A stretch of 64,000 bases of DNA. Origin: Bacteroidota bacterium (lineage in GTDB: Bacteria; Bacteroidota; Ignavibacteria; Kapaibacteriales; UBA961). Positions 63,519 to 64,000 of this stretch are shown here, piece after piece. Position 1 is the stretch's first letter; each line of letters starts with the position of its first letter. The DNA lies in the NCBI GenBank assembly GCA_020852855.1, contig JADZAA010000049.1, forward strand, positions 67,449 to 131,448, in the 5' to 3' direction. The notes below the pieces were generated by a model. That model made no database searches and had not been told where the DNA came from. It was given only the letters and a program-made list of their open reading frames with translations. The position numbers and the translations under genes were made by a program.

Positions 63519-64000
63519 CTATGCTTCTACTATTCGCCCGACAATTACCGGATTTTCGTCGGCCAATCGCATCGTAATTTCTTGTACGTTCTTCTCTTTT
63601 GCAACTATAATAATGCCTATACCCAGATTAAATGCTTCACGCATATCTTGTTCGGGTATTTCGCCTGCTTGTTGAATAAATTGAAAAATCTGCGGAATTT
63701 CCCAGGCGTTCCAAAAAATTTCCAATGATTTTCCTGCTTGCAACACACGCTTGGTATTGCCGACAATGCCGCCGCCCGTAATATGCGATAAAGCTGCCAC
63801 TAAATTATCGCGCAACAAGGGACGAAACAGCGATAAATAGGAGCGATGCACGGCAAGCAAAGCTTCGCCAAGTGTCTTGCCGCTGTTTTCCAAGTAAAAA
63901 TCGGGCGAATAACGCGGAAACAAAGCGGCGCGGGCAAGAGAATAGCCGTTGGTGTGCAAGCCCGACGACGGCAAACCGATAAGAATATCGCCGACCTCTA
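63519..64000 (-). CDS. purM: Phosphoribosylformylglycinamidine cyclo-ligase (AIR synthetase). Only the C-terminal part is in the window.
   Basis: ...EVGDILIGLPSSGLHTNGYSLARAA... is the PurM signature SSGLHSNGYSL. The ORF continues past the window end. Confidence 0.75.
   Translation of the reverse strand, partial: EVGDILIGLPSSGLHTNGYSLARAALFPRYSPDFYLENSGKTLGEALLAVHRSYLSLFRPLLRDNLVAALSHITGGGIVGNTKRVLQAGKSLEIFWNAWEIPQIFQFIQQAGEIPEQDMREAFNLGIGIIIVAKEKNVQEITMRLADENPVIVGRIVEA

Noticed and set aside
63519-63974. ORF-track 'M' start for the purM fragment
   Set aside because: The M is an alternative (TTG) start introduced by the ORF caller inside the PurM signature LIGLPSSGLHTNGYSL. The gene actually continues beyond the window end.

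Overview
This window looks like chromosomal DNA from a member of the Bacteroidota/FCB group. Core genes are about 50% GC. At least four predicted proteins end in type IX secretion (T9SS) C-terminal sorting domains, one gene carries a GWxTD domain, and the tRNA cluster lies directly upstream of secE-nusG-rplKAJL-rpoBC.

The conserved core includes pyrF (partial), an MFS transporter, a TonB-dependent receptor, ispH, miaA, a UvrD/PcrA-family helicase, carA, a SemiSWEET, an LpxH-like gene, an RluB-like gene and an OmpA-family gene. It also holds the ribosomal/RNAP operon, glgP, a tandem GT2 glycosyltransferase, pntAB and purM (partial). I could read seven tRNAs from the sequence: Pro-GGG, Val-TAC, Tyr, Gly-TCC, Gly-CCC, Thr and Trp.

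Three AT-rich accessory islets interrupt this core:
- Islet 1 (about 20.7-24.3 kb) carries an 803-aa single-chain MmeI-like (Type IIL/IIG) restriction-modification candidate. Its N-terminus has a PD-ExK motif and its methyltransferase part has gamma-class motifs (GSFFTP, DCAAGTGN, NPPY). A small 3-TM protein sits next to it.
- Islet 2 (about 43.45-46.48 kb, immediately after the rpoC terminator) carries a 752-aa fusion of an HsdR-N-like PD-(D/E)xK nuclease domain to an N6/N4 DNA methyltransferase. It is bracketed by about 93-bp imperfect direct repeats.
- Islet 3 (about 46.5-53.2 kb) is a same-strand cluster. It encodes a T9SS-targeted BNR/Asp-box beta-propeller protein, two paralogous cysteine-rich secreted proteins of about 200 aa, and three tandem paralogous lipoproteins with carboxypeptidase-regulatory-like domains.

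I consider the islet 2 fusion and the islet 3 cysteine-rich protein/lipoprotein module the best candidates for an undescribed system. No CRISPR array, integrase or transposase was seen. All calls come from reading the sequence and the ORF translations; no database search was run.
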